The position numbers and the translations under genes are program-made. A DNA stretch of 64,000 nt from Chiloscyllium plagiosum (lineage: Eukaryota). Location: assembly GCF_004010195.1 (NCBI RefSeq), contig NC_057711.1:76339817-76403816 (forward strand). Reading direction: 5' to 3'. Below are positions 27,773 to 40,227 of this stretch, piece by piece. The notes below the pieces were generated by a model. The model made no database searches. It worked only from the letters and a program-made list of their open reading frames with translations, and was not told the origin of the DNA. The first letter of the stretch is position 1. The number at the start of each line of letters is the position of its first letter.

Positions 27773-28472
27773 TTCTGCCAATTCTGAGGAGAGAGTGGTA
27801 TTTATTCCTACTTTAGTGCCCTCACGTTAATTATTGGCATTTAACTCTTATTTAGAACTAACTTGGATCATGAGTTCTGTCTGCTGAATTCAAGTTAGCT
27901 AATTCCACAAATGCTTAACTTTATAGAATTTAGATTTAAATAACGCATCCCATAGGAGAAGCTTCCTGGAAACGTTATCATTGCAATAGAAAAGCTTAAA
28001 TGGGACGATTAAGTAATTTTATAATTTATTTAACAAATTAATGAGCAATATGCTATATGTCGATAAATATATAGCTTAAAAGCTATCAAAAGATGTATTA
28101 TCAAATCTAATAACTCGTGAAAAATATCTAAGAACATCTAGGAATATCTTTAGAACAAGTAAGCATAAAATATCTAACAGCATCATAAGAATAGGAGATC
28201 CAGCAACATTTGCCCAGCCTAGTAAGCTGTCTTCTGGTGGGAGAGAATGACTTTTGAAAAGTATTTTGAGTTCCTAATATTTCTGAGATCTTAGTGAAAG
28301 GAGTTTTTAAAAATATTATTTTGAGCCCTGCTTTGCAAATAGGGAAGTCAACCCACCATAGAGCTTCCTCTCACTTGCATGTGATTCTGTATCATTTAAC
28401 ATTATTCCTTAACTTTTACTTAAAGATTCATTTGAATTTGAGCTTTCATCTAGTCCATTTGTTTATGTTTCA

Positions 28473-28648
28473 TACTCCTTTCATTTCTCCCTTATTCTTT
28501 CAATCCTAAAGCTTTGAAGGAGTCTTTTATCAGTTAAGACGTTTCATTTTGTATCTAGATATTCCTTTCATCTCTCCCTTATTCTTTCATTCATAAAAGA
28601 ATTATTTGCTAAAGATTTATCAGTAAAGATGTTTCACTTCTTTGTATT
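28473..28648. repeat. Diverged tandem duplication, unit about 87 bp
   Basis: ta(c/t)tcctttcat(t/c)tctcccttattctttca...ttatcagt(t/a)aaga(c/t)gtttca occurs at about 28473 and 28560. Confidence 0.75.
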
Positions 28649-29304
28649 TAAGTGAGATCTTATCCTGGTTTCTAATAGTATTCATGCGATAAGAATCTTG
28701 CCATCCTTATCAGGTATCTTTCCGACAATTAAGTAGGTGCCCACCTTCAGGCGGTTCACGAAGGGGATGCCGACAGGACTTGTTATTTTGAAAGTAAACT
28801 TAGCAAAGTTCCTAATGAGCCAAACTGTCTACCTGCCTCATTGAATTGAGTGACCCTGCTGGCCCTGGTCACATTTTCACCAAAATGTCCTACATCGGAA
28901 AACCAGCACAGTGTGCTGTTATGTAGAAATATAAGCAATAGGAGCAGGAATTTGCTACAGTCTGTGTTGGGATAGATACGCACACTGTGCTGTTAGGAAG
29001 GCATTTCTTGAATTTTAACCCAGTGTCAGTGAAAGAATATAGAAACATAGAAAATAGGAATAAGACATTGCGCCCTTTTGAGCCTATTCTGCCAATATGA
29101 TCATTGATCATCATCCAACTCAGTACCTCACTTCTGCTTTCTCCCCATATCCTTATGATTCCTTTAGCCCTAAGAGTTATGTTTACCTCCTTCTTAAAAA
29201 CATTCAGTATTTTGGCTTTAACTGATTTCTGTTATAGAGAATTTCACAGGCTCACTGGGTAAAGAAATTTATCCTCAGCTCTATCCTAAATGGCGTACCC
29301 CATA

Positions 29305-30935
29305 TCATAGAACATAGAACATTGCAGCACAGTACAGGCCCTTCCGCCCTCGATGTTGCATCACCCTATGAAACCAATCTGAAGCCCATCTAACTTATAC
29401 TATACCATTCTCATCCATATGTCTATCCAATGACCGTTTAAATGCCCTTAAAGTTGGTGAGTCTCCAACTGCTGCAGGCCGTGTGTTCCACACCCTTACT
29501 ACTCCCTGACTAAAGAAACTACCTTTGACATCTGTCTTATATCTATCACCCTTCAATTTAAAGCTATGTCCCCTCATGCTAGCCATCACCGTCCTCTGAA
29601 AAAGGCTCTCCATGTCCATCTGATCTAACCCTCCGATTATCTTCAGTCTTAATTAAATCACCTGTCAACCTTGTTCTCTCTAATGAAAACAGCCTCAAGT
29701 CCCTCAGCCTTTCCTCATAAGACCTTTCCTCCATATCAGGCAACATCCTAGTAAATCTCCTCTGAACCCTTTCCAAAGCTTCCACATCCTTCTGATAATG
29801 CGGTGATAGAGCTGCACGCAATACTCTTAAGTGCAACGAAACCAGAGTTTTGACCAGCTGCGACATGATCTCATGTTTCCAAAACTCAATCCCTCTACTA
29901 ATAAAAGCCAACACACCGTACGCCTTCTTAACAGCTCTATTAACCTGGATGGCAACTTTGAGGGACTTATGTAAATGGACACCGAGATCTCACTGCTCGT
30001 CTATACTACCAAGAATCTTACCATTTGTCCAGTACTCTACATTCCTGTTACTCCTAAGGTGAATCACTTCATACCTTTTTGCATTAAACTTTATTTGCCA
30101 CCTCTCCACCCAGCTCTGCAGCTTATCTATGTCCCTCTGTAATCTACAACATCCTTCGGCACTATTCACAACTGTACCGACTTTAGTGTCATCCGCAAAT
30201 TTACTAACCCATCCTTCTACGCCCTCATCCAGTTGTTTATTAAATGACAAACAGCAGTGCACCAAAAGTAGATCCTTCCGGTACCCCACTAGTAACTGAA
30301 CTCCAGGATGACCATTTCCTATCAACCATCCCCCTCTGACTTCTTTCAACTAGCCAATATCTGATCCAAACTGTTAAATCACCCTCAATCCCATGCCTCC
30401 GTATTTTGTGCAATAGCCTATCATAGGGAACATAATCAAATGCCTTACTGAAATCCATATACACCACATCAATCGCTTTATCGTCATCCACTTGTTTGAT
30501 CACCATCTCAAAGAACTCAATAAGGTTTGTGAGGCACAACCTACCCTTCACGAAACCGTGTTGACTGTCCCTAGTCAACGTAATCCCATTGAGATGATTT
30601 TAAATCATATTGGTTATAAGCTTCTCCAACACTTTACCCACAACTGAAGTAAGGCTGACTGGTCTACTCTCCTTCATGAATAAGGGGATATCATTTGCTA
30701 TCCTTCAGTCTTCTGGCACTATTCCTGTAGACAATGACAACCAAAAAAAGTTAAAGTCAACGGCTCTGCAATCTCCTCCCTGGCTTCCCAGAGAATCCTT
30801 GGATAAATCCTATCCGGCCCAGGTATTTATCTATTTTTACACTTTTAACACCACCTTGTGAGCCTCAATCCTGTTTAGTCTAGTAGCCTGTGTCTCTGTA
30901 TTCTCAACAACATTGTCTTTTTCCAGTGTGAATGC
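29305..30935 (-). mobile_element. CR1 LINE ORF2 RT region (about 1.6 kb), frameshifted
   Basis: Contains SQHGFVKGRLCLTNLIEFFE...VYMDFSKAFD, VSKFADDTKV and LERVQRRFTRMLP, with a catagaacatagaa tail. Preceded by a different CR1 3' end at about 29035-29304. Confidence 0.95.
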
Positions 30936-31235
30936 TGGACTCAAAACATCAACTCTGCTTTCTCTCCACACGTGCTGTTAGACCTGCTGAAATTCTCCAG
31001 CAATTTTAAATCCAGTGTGCGGTGGTAAGAGGGTGGAAATATCCATCAGACTAGTGATGTCATGACTCTGTGCCGAAGTCTAAATGTGCAGTTGGGTGTT
31101 AAGAATAAGGTTCCTCTACTTCCTACATTGTCTGTTATTATTTGCTGTCCAGCTTTATTCCCTTAGTGTTCCCTTAGTGTGGTTAATTGAGTAAACATCA
31201 TCTGTGAACCCCTGCCCACATTTATGGAAGGTTTT

Positions 31236-31561
31236 TAGATTACTTTTTTTTTAGATTACTTTTTACAGTGTGGAAACAGGCCCTTCGGCCCAACAAGTCC
31301 ACACCGACCCGCCGAAGCGTAACCCACCCATACCCCTACATTTACCCCTTACCTAACACTACGGGCAATTTAGCATGGCCAATTCACCTGACCTGCACAT
31401 CTTTGGACTGTGGGAGGAAACCGGAGCACCCAGAGGAAACCCACGTAGACACGGGGAGAACGTGCAAACTCCCACACAGTCAGTCGCCTGAGGCGGGAAT
31501 TGAACCCGGGTCTCTCATGCTGCGAGGCAGCAGTGCTAACCACTGTGCCACCGTGCCGCCC
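31236..31561 (-). mobile_element. HE1-type V-SINE, full length, young
   Basis: All SINE parts intact. About 130 nt differ by 3 mismatches from the reverse complement of the insert at 27528-27670. Confidence 0.93.
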
Positions 31562-31914
31562 ACGGTATTTGAGATCAGGAGTGATGCACTAAAAATGTAT
31601 CCTGTTCAAGTCAGCAAGTGGGACAACCTAAAAAACAAATCAAGCCACATTGGTCATCAAATGTGTTTATTATTGTACATGCAAAATTAGGTGGACTGTG
31701 GAACGTATTTCAATACTGAATACGCAAAAGAAAATGCCATTCAGAAACTTTCCCTGATTAATCAGCAGCCTAGCTCTTTTTTTTCTTTTTTATAAGAATT
31801 TAATTTGGCAAAGATTAATTGCTAATGGCCAGCAATGCAATCTTTGAGACTCATTGTGGATTATTTCCTTCTCAATTAACCTTAAAGCAAACAATGCAGT
31901 CGATTAGTTATAAG

Positions 31915-32135
31915 ATTGGATCAGAGCCAGAGAGTCTGGGTTCAAGCCCAACCTGCCCTGGAGGTGTGTTAAAACATGTTTGAAAATGTTGATTGAAAAT
32001 ATCTGAAATGTTGCAGTGGACCTCTGGGATAACATCCTGGGGCTCTTGTAGTTTAGTTGCAGTCCCTACTTCTGGATCAGAAGTTCTGGGTTCAAGTCCC
32101 ACCTGCCCAGAGGTGAGTTTGAACAGGATGATTAA
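31915..32135 (+). mobile_element. Two tandem short tRNA-derived SINE units
   Basis: B box gggttcaag(t/c)cc occurs twice. Same family as 15145-15390. Confidence 0.6.
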
Positions 32136-32354
32136 AATGTTGAAAAGGTTGTAATTGCAGCATTAGGAGGATATTAATTTTCCTATAACTGTTTTGTGAA
32201 TGTTAACCCTATAAAGTCTGTTCATATTTGAAATTGCAGGAAATTCAAAGCTGATTTCATATTTTAGTTTGCAACGTATTTGAATGGTTTGGTTTTAAAA
32301 GCTGGACTAAAGGTTGAAAAGCTTATTTAAAACTTAGTTGTCTCTTTCCTTCAG

Positions 32355-32458
32355 CCCTTACCTGAATTGGAGGGATGTGCAGCATATTATTGTGAGAACG
32401 TCACGCTCTGGCCATTTGAATGCTCCAGACTGGAAGAGTAATGCTGCTGGATACAGAG
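32355..32458 (+). CDS. PCSK5: PCSK5 coding exon C (104 bp, phase 2-1)
   Basis: tctttccttcag|C CCT...AGA G|gtaaaa. Translates (N)PYLNWRDVQHIIVRTSRSGHLNAPDWKSNAAGYR(V). Confidence 0.96.
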
Positions 32459-34611
32459 GTAAAATCAAATTATTAGAAAATTGCAGATTTTAGCTACTTG
32501 GAAACTAATTTTAACTAAAATAAATTGTGCTTTTTATGTAAATGCTGTTTCGTTACCCCAGCAAATCTTTAAGGATTTTAATCTGTTAATCTTAAAGCAC
32601 CACTTTGGGAATCTCTGTGATGGCTGATAGCTGAGCAGATTTACACTCTTGCCAAATTATGAAAATTTGTAATAGTGTAACTGCTGTCGCTTAACTAAAT
32701 TATAACTTTCAAACTATTTTAAAATCTACGTTTATTTAGTTGCTGTTTCTCAAATGATATGTCGTATTAATTCAACCTACTGAATTACGTAAACCATAAG
32801 CACAGTACTTGAGTGGCAGCCACAATGCACTCAATCTGCCTAGATGGAACTGCACTGCATCCAAGGTAAAGGTTACCACAAGAAATAGGCACAGGAGTAG
32901 GCCTTTTAGCCCTTTGAACCTGCTCCATTATTCAGTAGGATCCTAGCTGATCTTACATCCCTCACATCCAATTTCGTGCCTTTTCCCCCATCACCCTTGA
33001 TTTTCCCTACTAATCAAGAATTTATCCATCTCAACCTTAAAAACACATAATAATGCTGCCCTTGCAGTTCTCTGTGGCAAGAAGTTCCAGTAAGAAAGTC
33101 CTCCTTATCTCAGTTTTAAATTGTTGGATCTTTATTCTGAGACTCTGTCCTCTTGCCCTAGAATTTCCCATGAGCGTGCTTTCAGTGTTTACCCCATTAA
33201 GCCCCTTAATTTCAAGAAGTTAAAACGATACTGAATTGTTTATTTGAAGTGCTTTTTTGTGTCATTACTTCTAATCAACAGTCATTGCATTTTTTTTTTA
33301 CACTGGATAGTTACAATACAACTCAAACAGTTATCTATGAACCAAACATTTCATGGTCCATGTTCCTGTCAATCAAGTTTGTGTTATTTAAAGAAATGGT
33401 TTTCTGGATTTTGTATCTATTGCTGTCCAGCAGTCCCAAATGTTGTTCGAGGCACAGTACGCCAATTGAGGCTGATCCCTCCTCATTTCTGGCATCCTTG
33501 AGGTCTTTCAAGGATTTTCTAATCCACCTGTCCAGAGTTTTTGTTACGTACCTCTGAAACAAGTAAGACTTGACCCCAGGCCTCTTGGCTCACGGGTAGG
33601 GACACTACTGCTGCTGCTTTACCCCTGATTTGTATATGCACAGGTTCACTTTTGGCACCAGGATTAAATGCCACAGCTGGCTCCATACTTCTAGTTTACA
33701 AGCTATTGTCAAATTGTTTTGATCTGTGAGGCAAATGGTGTTATAACTGGCCTATCCTTAAATTAGGGGAATGATGTCATATAGTTTTAAAGAATGGCCT
33801 TCATCTCGTGATACCTTTTGAAACTTTCTAAGTAGTAATTTTCTTTTCTAAAATGAAGGGCTGTTTGAGCGTATCTCCAGCTGGAAGCCAACACTTGCAT
33901 GTGGGACCTTTTGAAGTTTATTTCTTACAGGCAGCAAAACATCAGCTGTCTGGGAAGTCTTCTCCATGGCAACCATAGCTCCTGACATGATATGTTTTGT
34001 CTCGACCGATGGTGTTCCATATGAGCAAAACACTTCAGGCGTGCCATGTATGATTTGCAATAAATGTTGCTGGCATATTACTACTCTTTACCTTTGTATT
34101 TTAATTACTAATTTGTTGAAGTTTTCAATTAACTTCGCTAAGCTTTTTAAACTGTAAATAGAATGCTTTTTGTTAACTCTTTAAACACCAAACTTCCTTT
34201 TTCCTGCACCCAAATGAATGTACTCAGTGCACTGCTGAAGTAAATAGCAACAATTATATTTAAATGTATCATATTGGGAGTCCTTTGCCATCCTTAATGT
34301 ATGTTAAACTCAAAGCAATACACATGTCAATTGTATTTAGTACATTTGAGGTATTGAACTTTTAGCTGCAAAGTTTTTTGTTTTTATTTAAATCTCCTTG
34401 AAGGTGTTGAATGGTTTCAAAATTATTTGCAAAGCCCTCATCTTGTGTATTCTATCACCCATTAAAAGGAATACCATGCCAATTTGCTTACTGAGATATC
34501 TACATTGCTTTTGTCATAATAGTTGTTACACCTCACCCAAATGGCAATTCTTCATGCTTTTGACGAGAATTTTCATGTTAGTTGTTTATTGAACTGTACC
34601 AAATTGAAATG

Positions 34612-34948
34612 GAGGAGGGGAAAGTGAGGACTGCAGATGCCTCTTTTTTTTTTTTCCCTCCTCCACCTCCCCACCTGAGCCTCCAACTCTGCACTGTTGT
34701 CTTGACCTGTCCATCATTTTTTCCCATCTATCTGCTCCACCCTCCTCTCTGACCTATCACCTTCTTCCCCCTCCTTCATCTACCTAGTTCACTCTCAGCT
34801 ATCTTACCCCCAAGCCCCACACCCCTCCCATTTATCTCTCAGCTCCTGGCCCACAAGCCTCATTCTTGATGAAGGGCTTATGCCCGAAACATCAATTCTA
34901 CTCCTCAGTTGCTGCCTGACCTGCTCTGCTTTTCTGGCACCACACTCC
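34612..34948 (+). mobile_element. Penelope-type 3' region with short inverted end and decayed hammerhead
   Basis: Inverted aaagtgaggactgcagatgc, a C-rich tract, then attc-tTGATGA-A-GGGC-ttat-GCCC-GAAA-C-aTC. Confidence 0.75.
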
Positions 34949-36774
34949 CAAATTGCAGTGAAGCTTATTTTATTCCATTTAAGTTGTCTGTGCTGGCAGA
35001 CACCTTCCACGATGAACCTAAGAAGTCATTCCTCAGTTTTGGTTCTCTTATTACAACTGCGACTATTCCTCAAACTAAACCAGACTCAGTCTCACCTTTA
35101 TTCCATTAAGGTGTCTGTGCTGTCATTTTTCTGCGGGGATTGTTGAATATCAATTAGGTGTGGAATATTTGGATCTTTTGTTTTCTTAATCCAGGAGTGC
35201 TAAGGATAATTGCACTGCAACTTTTAACCAAGGTGGAAATAATAAACTTTCCTCAGTCATTTTATATTCAGTAGTATAACCAGACTTTACTAACATGAAA
35301 AGTGTTTATTTTTCTAAAATTTAATTTGTATTTGAAATTTGTTTCCATAATGGCACAGCATTTAACAGTAGTAGTTAAAAGCCTGATTGTTTAACATCAC
35401 TTCTGGAATGTTCACTAACCTTTGATAACTCCCAATAATCTTTATCAATATTCTAATGGAACATAACTCTAATTCCAATAGGAATTTTTTAAAACGTTAT
35501 TTTTGGCAGGAATGGGAAGCAAGCATGGTTATAAATGAATCAAGAGAGTTAAAGAACTGAGTTTCCCAGCAGGCACTGGGTTTGTATGCAGATCCAGGTC
35601 TCTGACTGAGGCTTCACACCTGCATGTTCTTCTGGAGCCAGCAAATTGGTAGGTCACTTGTAGGTCCCCTATCCAATTGCAGATGGTGGGTGCATTCCTG
35701 GCTTCTAAATGGTATGATTGGCAAGCGCTCTTCTCATTGGAGTTTGCAGGTGATTTTTCTTTCATGTCTTTCCAGGTGGTGGGAATGGTTTGGTGTGTTG
35801 CCCCAGCACAGTGTGCCCCAACCTCATCTCCCATATCCAGCTCACCCTAGGCTTGGAAAATCTACCCCAAAGTGCTTAGAGAAGAATCAGTGAAATTACC
35901 CACAAAGTGAAACAGAGGGGAATCAGGAAATAAATATTTAAATTCAGTAGATTTTAAATAAAAGTCCAACACCATTGGTCTTAGAATATTCCTTATTCAA
36001 AGTGCTGGCTCTTTTTTTAATTGAAGGACTGATAAATCTGTTCTCCTAACCATTCCTCTATCTGAGAAGCCAAGCTCCTTTTAAGAATGAAGTGTACTAA
36101 TTTTCTCCAAGAAGAATGAGGCTTTGCTTAAAAACTGTCCATCATAGTTAATGAAGTGTCAATGCTGTATCAAATATTTATAACTGCAATCAATTAGAAT
36201 GGACTGCATGGTTGTCCAGAGTGCATAATCTTTCAATAAGCTCCAGCCGAAACTTGAACACTTTTTAATGAAACCAAGTGTATGAGCCACATGGTAAACG
36301 ATGGGACTGGGTCTGATTTAGTTTGAGGACTATAGCAGTTACAATATGAGAACCAAGACTGAGGAATGATTTCTTAGATTCATTGTGGAAGGTGTAGATT
36401 TGACAGCTGAAAACAGAAACATCAACTCTCTACTCTAAGGTGGGAAACAGATGCTTGCTGCATGCGCAGTGTAAGCAAGTCATTTGAATGTTAAGTACTG
36501 ACACTGCTGATCATGTTCAAGATGTTTAGCTGATAACATACAATTTTGAATAGTCAAAATCAGCTAGTGTCTCTAATTTTTCATGGTTTTCATTTCCATT
36601 AGTTATATTGGAACACTCTGTGCTGCTTAAATTAATGAAATCTGTTTGTTGATTGGAATTGAGGAATAAGGGAACGATCTTGTGTAACTTTTTTAGTGCA
36701 TTATTGCCAGCATTTCCTCAGCATGCAAGGAATAGACCAAGGCAGCATCCAATTGCTGTCTTTGATTTTTAAAA

Positions 36775-37010
36775 AAAATTATTCATGGGATGCAGCTCTT
36801 GATGGCATTCCTAATCCCAGAGAAGTGAGCAGTTAAGAATCAAGTCACATTGCTCTGAGGCTGATGTCACACATTTGGGGTCACATGACCAGGTAAGGAC
36901 AGCAGAGTTTTATCCCTCTAGGACATGAGTGAACCAGGTGGGGTTTTAAACAATTTATAATGATCATTTGGTCACCATTAGATGAGCATTTTTCAGATTT
37001 ATTTATTAAA
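36775..37010 (-). mobile_element. Old SINE body with LINE-type tail (related copy at about 57005-57190, plus strand)
   Basis: The cagttaagaatcaagtcacattgct...ccaggtaagga...tgagtgaaccag body recurs in reverse complement at 57 kb. Confidence 0.55.
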
Positions 37011-37329
37011 TTCAGAAGTCTTCTATCTGTCTTAAAGGGATGTCCCAAAAATGCTAACCAAAATATTATCCTTCTGCCATTGTCACCACCTCCCAACAAA
37101 CTTGCTGATACGTGAATTCCACCTTGCCATGGCTACAAGTTATTGATTTTGCATATGTGTGCCGTTCAGAATTTACTGGGATGAGCAGATGAAGAATATG
37201 TCTTTTCTTCAGACTCACTGGAATGATTGGTTTCTGATTTACATTGAGTTTATTTTTAAAAGGCAGTATAAATTAATAATGGAATTAAGAGGTATTCGAG
37301 TGATGAAACAATCTTGAAAGAGAGGTTAC

Positions 37330-37500
37330 TCAAAAACCAAAATAACTGCGAATGCTGTAATATACAAACAAAAATAGAAATTGCAGGAAAACTTCAGTTC
37401 TGAGGAAGGGTCACTCGACCCACAGCGTTACCTCTGGATTTCTCTTCACAGATGCTGCCAGACCTGCTGAGCTTTTCCTGCAATTTCTTCTATTTTAGTT
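37330..37500. mobile_element. Fold-back Penelope-type remnant with decayed hammerhead
   Basis: agtt-CTGAGGA-A-GGGTC-actc-GACCC-acag-C-GTT, with inverted arms gaaattgcaggaaaa / ttttcctgcaatttc. Confidence 0.7.
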
Positions 37501-37761
37501 TTTGAAAGAGTGGTGTATTACTACAATTAAACAAAGTGATTTACTTGCAACTACTTAAAGGGGATAATCCTAATGATTATGCATTTTAGTCTTAAAAATA
37601 CTACTAAGAAGAGGAAGATCTAGACTAAGTCATAGTTGTATGTTGTAGCTGTGCTATGCAATTGATAATAATCAATGAAGAGGTAAGGAGAGCTACTTTT
37701 TTCTCTAGTTCAGAAGGGGTTTGATTTTATGCAATTATTGACTGAAATTCCATGTTAACAG

Positions 37762-37879
37762 TGAGCCACTTATATGGATTTGGATTAATGGATGCAGAAG
37801 CTATGGTGAAAGAAGCAGAGCGTTGGAAATCAGTCCCACCCCAACATAGCTGCGTAGAGAACCCAGACAAACAAAGCAG
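37762..37879 (+). CDS. PCSK5: PCSK5 coding exon D (118 bp, phase 1-2), end of catalytic domain and linker
   Basis: ttaacag|TG AGC...AGC AG|gtacca. Translates (V)SHLYGFGLMDAEAMVKEAERWKSVPPQHSCVENPDKQS(R). Confidence 0.96.
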
Positions 37880-38233
37880 GTACCAAATATGTGCAAACAA
37901 AGATATGATCAACTTGGTTGGCCAATGATTTCAGAGCTCTATTTTTCCACAATAACGTAATTTTAGTAACTTACCCTTCTTGTTAACCTTCATTGAATGC
38001 TTTTAACTTGAGTTTCATTTTGTTATAAAATATTTTATATAGTTTTAGAAGAATAACATTAACATTAAAGAGAGAAAACCATGGCTAATTAGATAAATTT
38101 ATTTTGGGTCTGCTGGCTTATTTTCTTTTCCTGTTGTAAGAGAATTATCTGAATTATCCAGTCACACTTTAACTCAGTTAAATGCTGAGTAATATACATT
38201 CTTTTACATTCTAGAGAAGATACAAACCAAATA

Positions 38234-38441
38234 CAGTAGTCCCCCCGTACTATCGGGGATACATTCCCAAGACCTACCACGGAAGCCCGAAACAGCAGAT
38301 ACGAGCGAATCCATTAATTTAAATGGGAAATTTACCTTCCCAGAATTCCGGGAGGTTCCCTATATTATGTTCGCGGGCCACGGTAAACTGCAGGTAACTG
38401 AAACCACGAAAATAATTCTGTGGACATGGGGTTCACCCTAT
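38234..38441. mobile_element. TcMar/Tigger-like MITE
   Basis: TA|cagtagtccccccg left end, degraded right end ggggttcacctata, CpG-rich interior. Confidence 0.6.
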
Positions 38442-38444
38442 AGC

Positions 38445-39090
38445 AGAATTGGTCAGAATATTAAAAAAGCAGGGAATTACTGACGAAAAGATGCATCAGA
38501 TGGAAAACATATTAGAGTATGAGAGGAAGCCACCAAGGAATGTCAAAATACACAGCATGAGTTTCTACAGGTATTTTAAGAGAAAGGAATAGGTAAGGTT
38601 TGATCCTCTGGAAAATGGTCTTAAAGTACTTAACATGGAAATTAGAGGTGAAATTAATAAAAACTTTGCTTCCCTCTTCACATTAGAGGATAAAAATATT
38701 CCAGTCACAGCTATAAACCCAGAAAAGAGGAACTAAGAAAATTTCAATCAAGAGGGAAATATTACTAAGCAAACAGTTAGAACTGTCAGTTGGTCAGGCT
38801 CCAGATCCAAATGAACTTCACCCTCAGTTCTTAACAGAAGTTGCTAATGAGGCAGTAGATGTGCTGGTTTTAATTTTTAAAAATCCCTCGGCTTTGGAAA
38901 GACTTCATTGACCTGGAAAACAGTTCCTATAAACTATTTTTGCGAAAGTAGGGAGGTGGAAAGGTTGCATAGGCCAATTAGCTTGATACATGGTATGGGG
39001 AAGATGTTTGAATTGGTCATTAAGAAGATTAAAGTTGTTCACTTCTTAAAATTTAAAGTGATTGAGAAGTTTGAGTTAATGGAAAAAGAA
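38445..39090 (+). mobile_element. Old CR1 ORF2 middle fragment
   Basis: Decayed SPGPD.LHP.VL.E and TWK...RPISL motifs. Confidence 0.7.
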
Positions 39091-40227
39091 ACAGAAATCC
39101 TGCTGAGGAGTTGGCAGCATCCTAAATGGTTGTATAAAATGTTTTAATGTCTTTGACACAATTAGGCAATGTATAGAGATGAGATTTTAATTTGGTGATT
39201 TATCATGGGGGTTTGTTCTGCAAAGTTAAATTGACCCAGCTCGTAACCTGCACTCTAATTTTATGCCTCCATTGTAGTATATTTAATGCAGAGAGTGGCA
39301 TTGTGTCATACTTTTGTGCTCTGATTTAATTGGACTTGCAAATCTCAATATATTTATTTAAGAAAACAAACCCTGCTTCTGAAGATCCTAAAAAGGATCT
39401 TCATCTGCATTTCTCCATTAATTGACATTCTACTTTGAAATGGGAATGGATATCTGTTCTGTCAGTGGATTTGGAAGCTTTTATTATGTCAAGTGTTTCA
39501 TTGTGAATGCTCGGCTAAGTTCCAAAAGCTTCAGCTCAATGGGTAGTATTGATCTGAAAATCTTTGGAACTTTTACAAATGTATAAAAACAGACTGTCTG
39601 TGATGTAGTATATTGTTTCTTTACAAAGGTACTGAAAATATTATATGCATCCCAGGTTTTTTGGTCCCGCACCAACAATAGCATGTTTGAAATCTTCTTT
39701 TGTAGATTGTTGGACGTTTAATAGTTTTCTAATTATTTCAAAATAATTCCCTCTGGTATTACATGTGCACTGAGAATTTTGTATTGTGTGCACGCTTCGG
39801 TGACTATTGGGGCAAAAACATGGCACTGGAGATGAGGTATCGCATGAGGAAATGAGTGGCTGTTGCTTTAGAACATCTTTCAATATCATTGTGAGCTGAG
39901 TTACTCTTTTATAACCAGTCAGCCTCCACATCCATTCTGTTCTCACATTCCATTGCAGCTCTAAAAAGGTATTGCAAATCAGAGCTATGAATGAAAAGAC
40001 AAGAACTCCTTAATGTTTCACATGGGTCAGGTGTGTATGACCCATGCCCATATGAAATTTTGGCTGTATGTAACTATAATTAAGTTGTTACAATGAATAG
40101 AAATTGTTTACCCTTTTTATGGTGTAGATAAAATTCCAGCAATGAATATATGTTCACCAACTGGATATGGGAATCAGTGTATTAATTAAATGTATCGGAA
40201 CTTAGTGACGTTTGCTTTTGTTGGAAT

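Noticed and set aside
29305..30935. Active or domesticated reverse transcriptase
   Set aside because: ORF2 is broken into several frames and is 5'-truncated. The same holds for 51640-53915.
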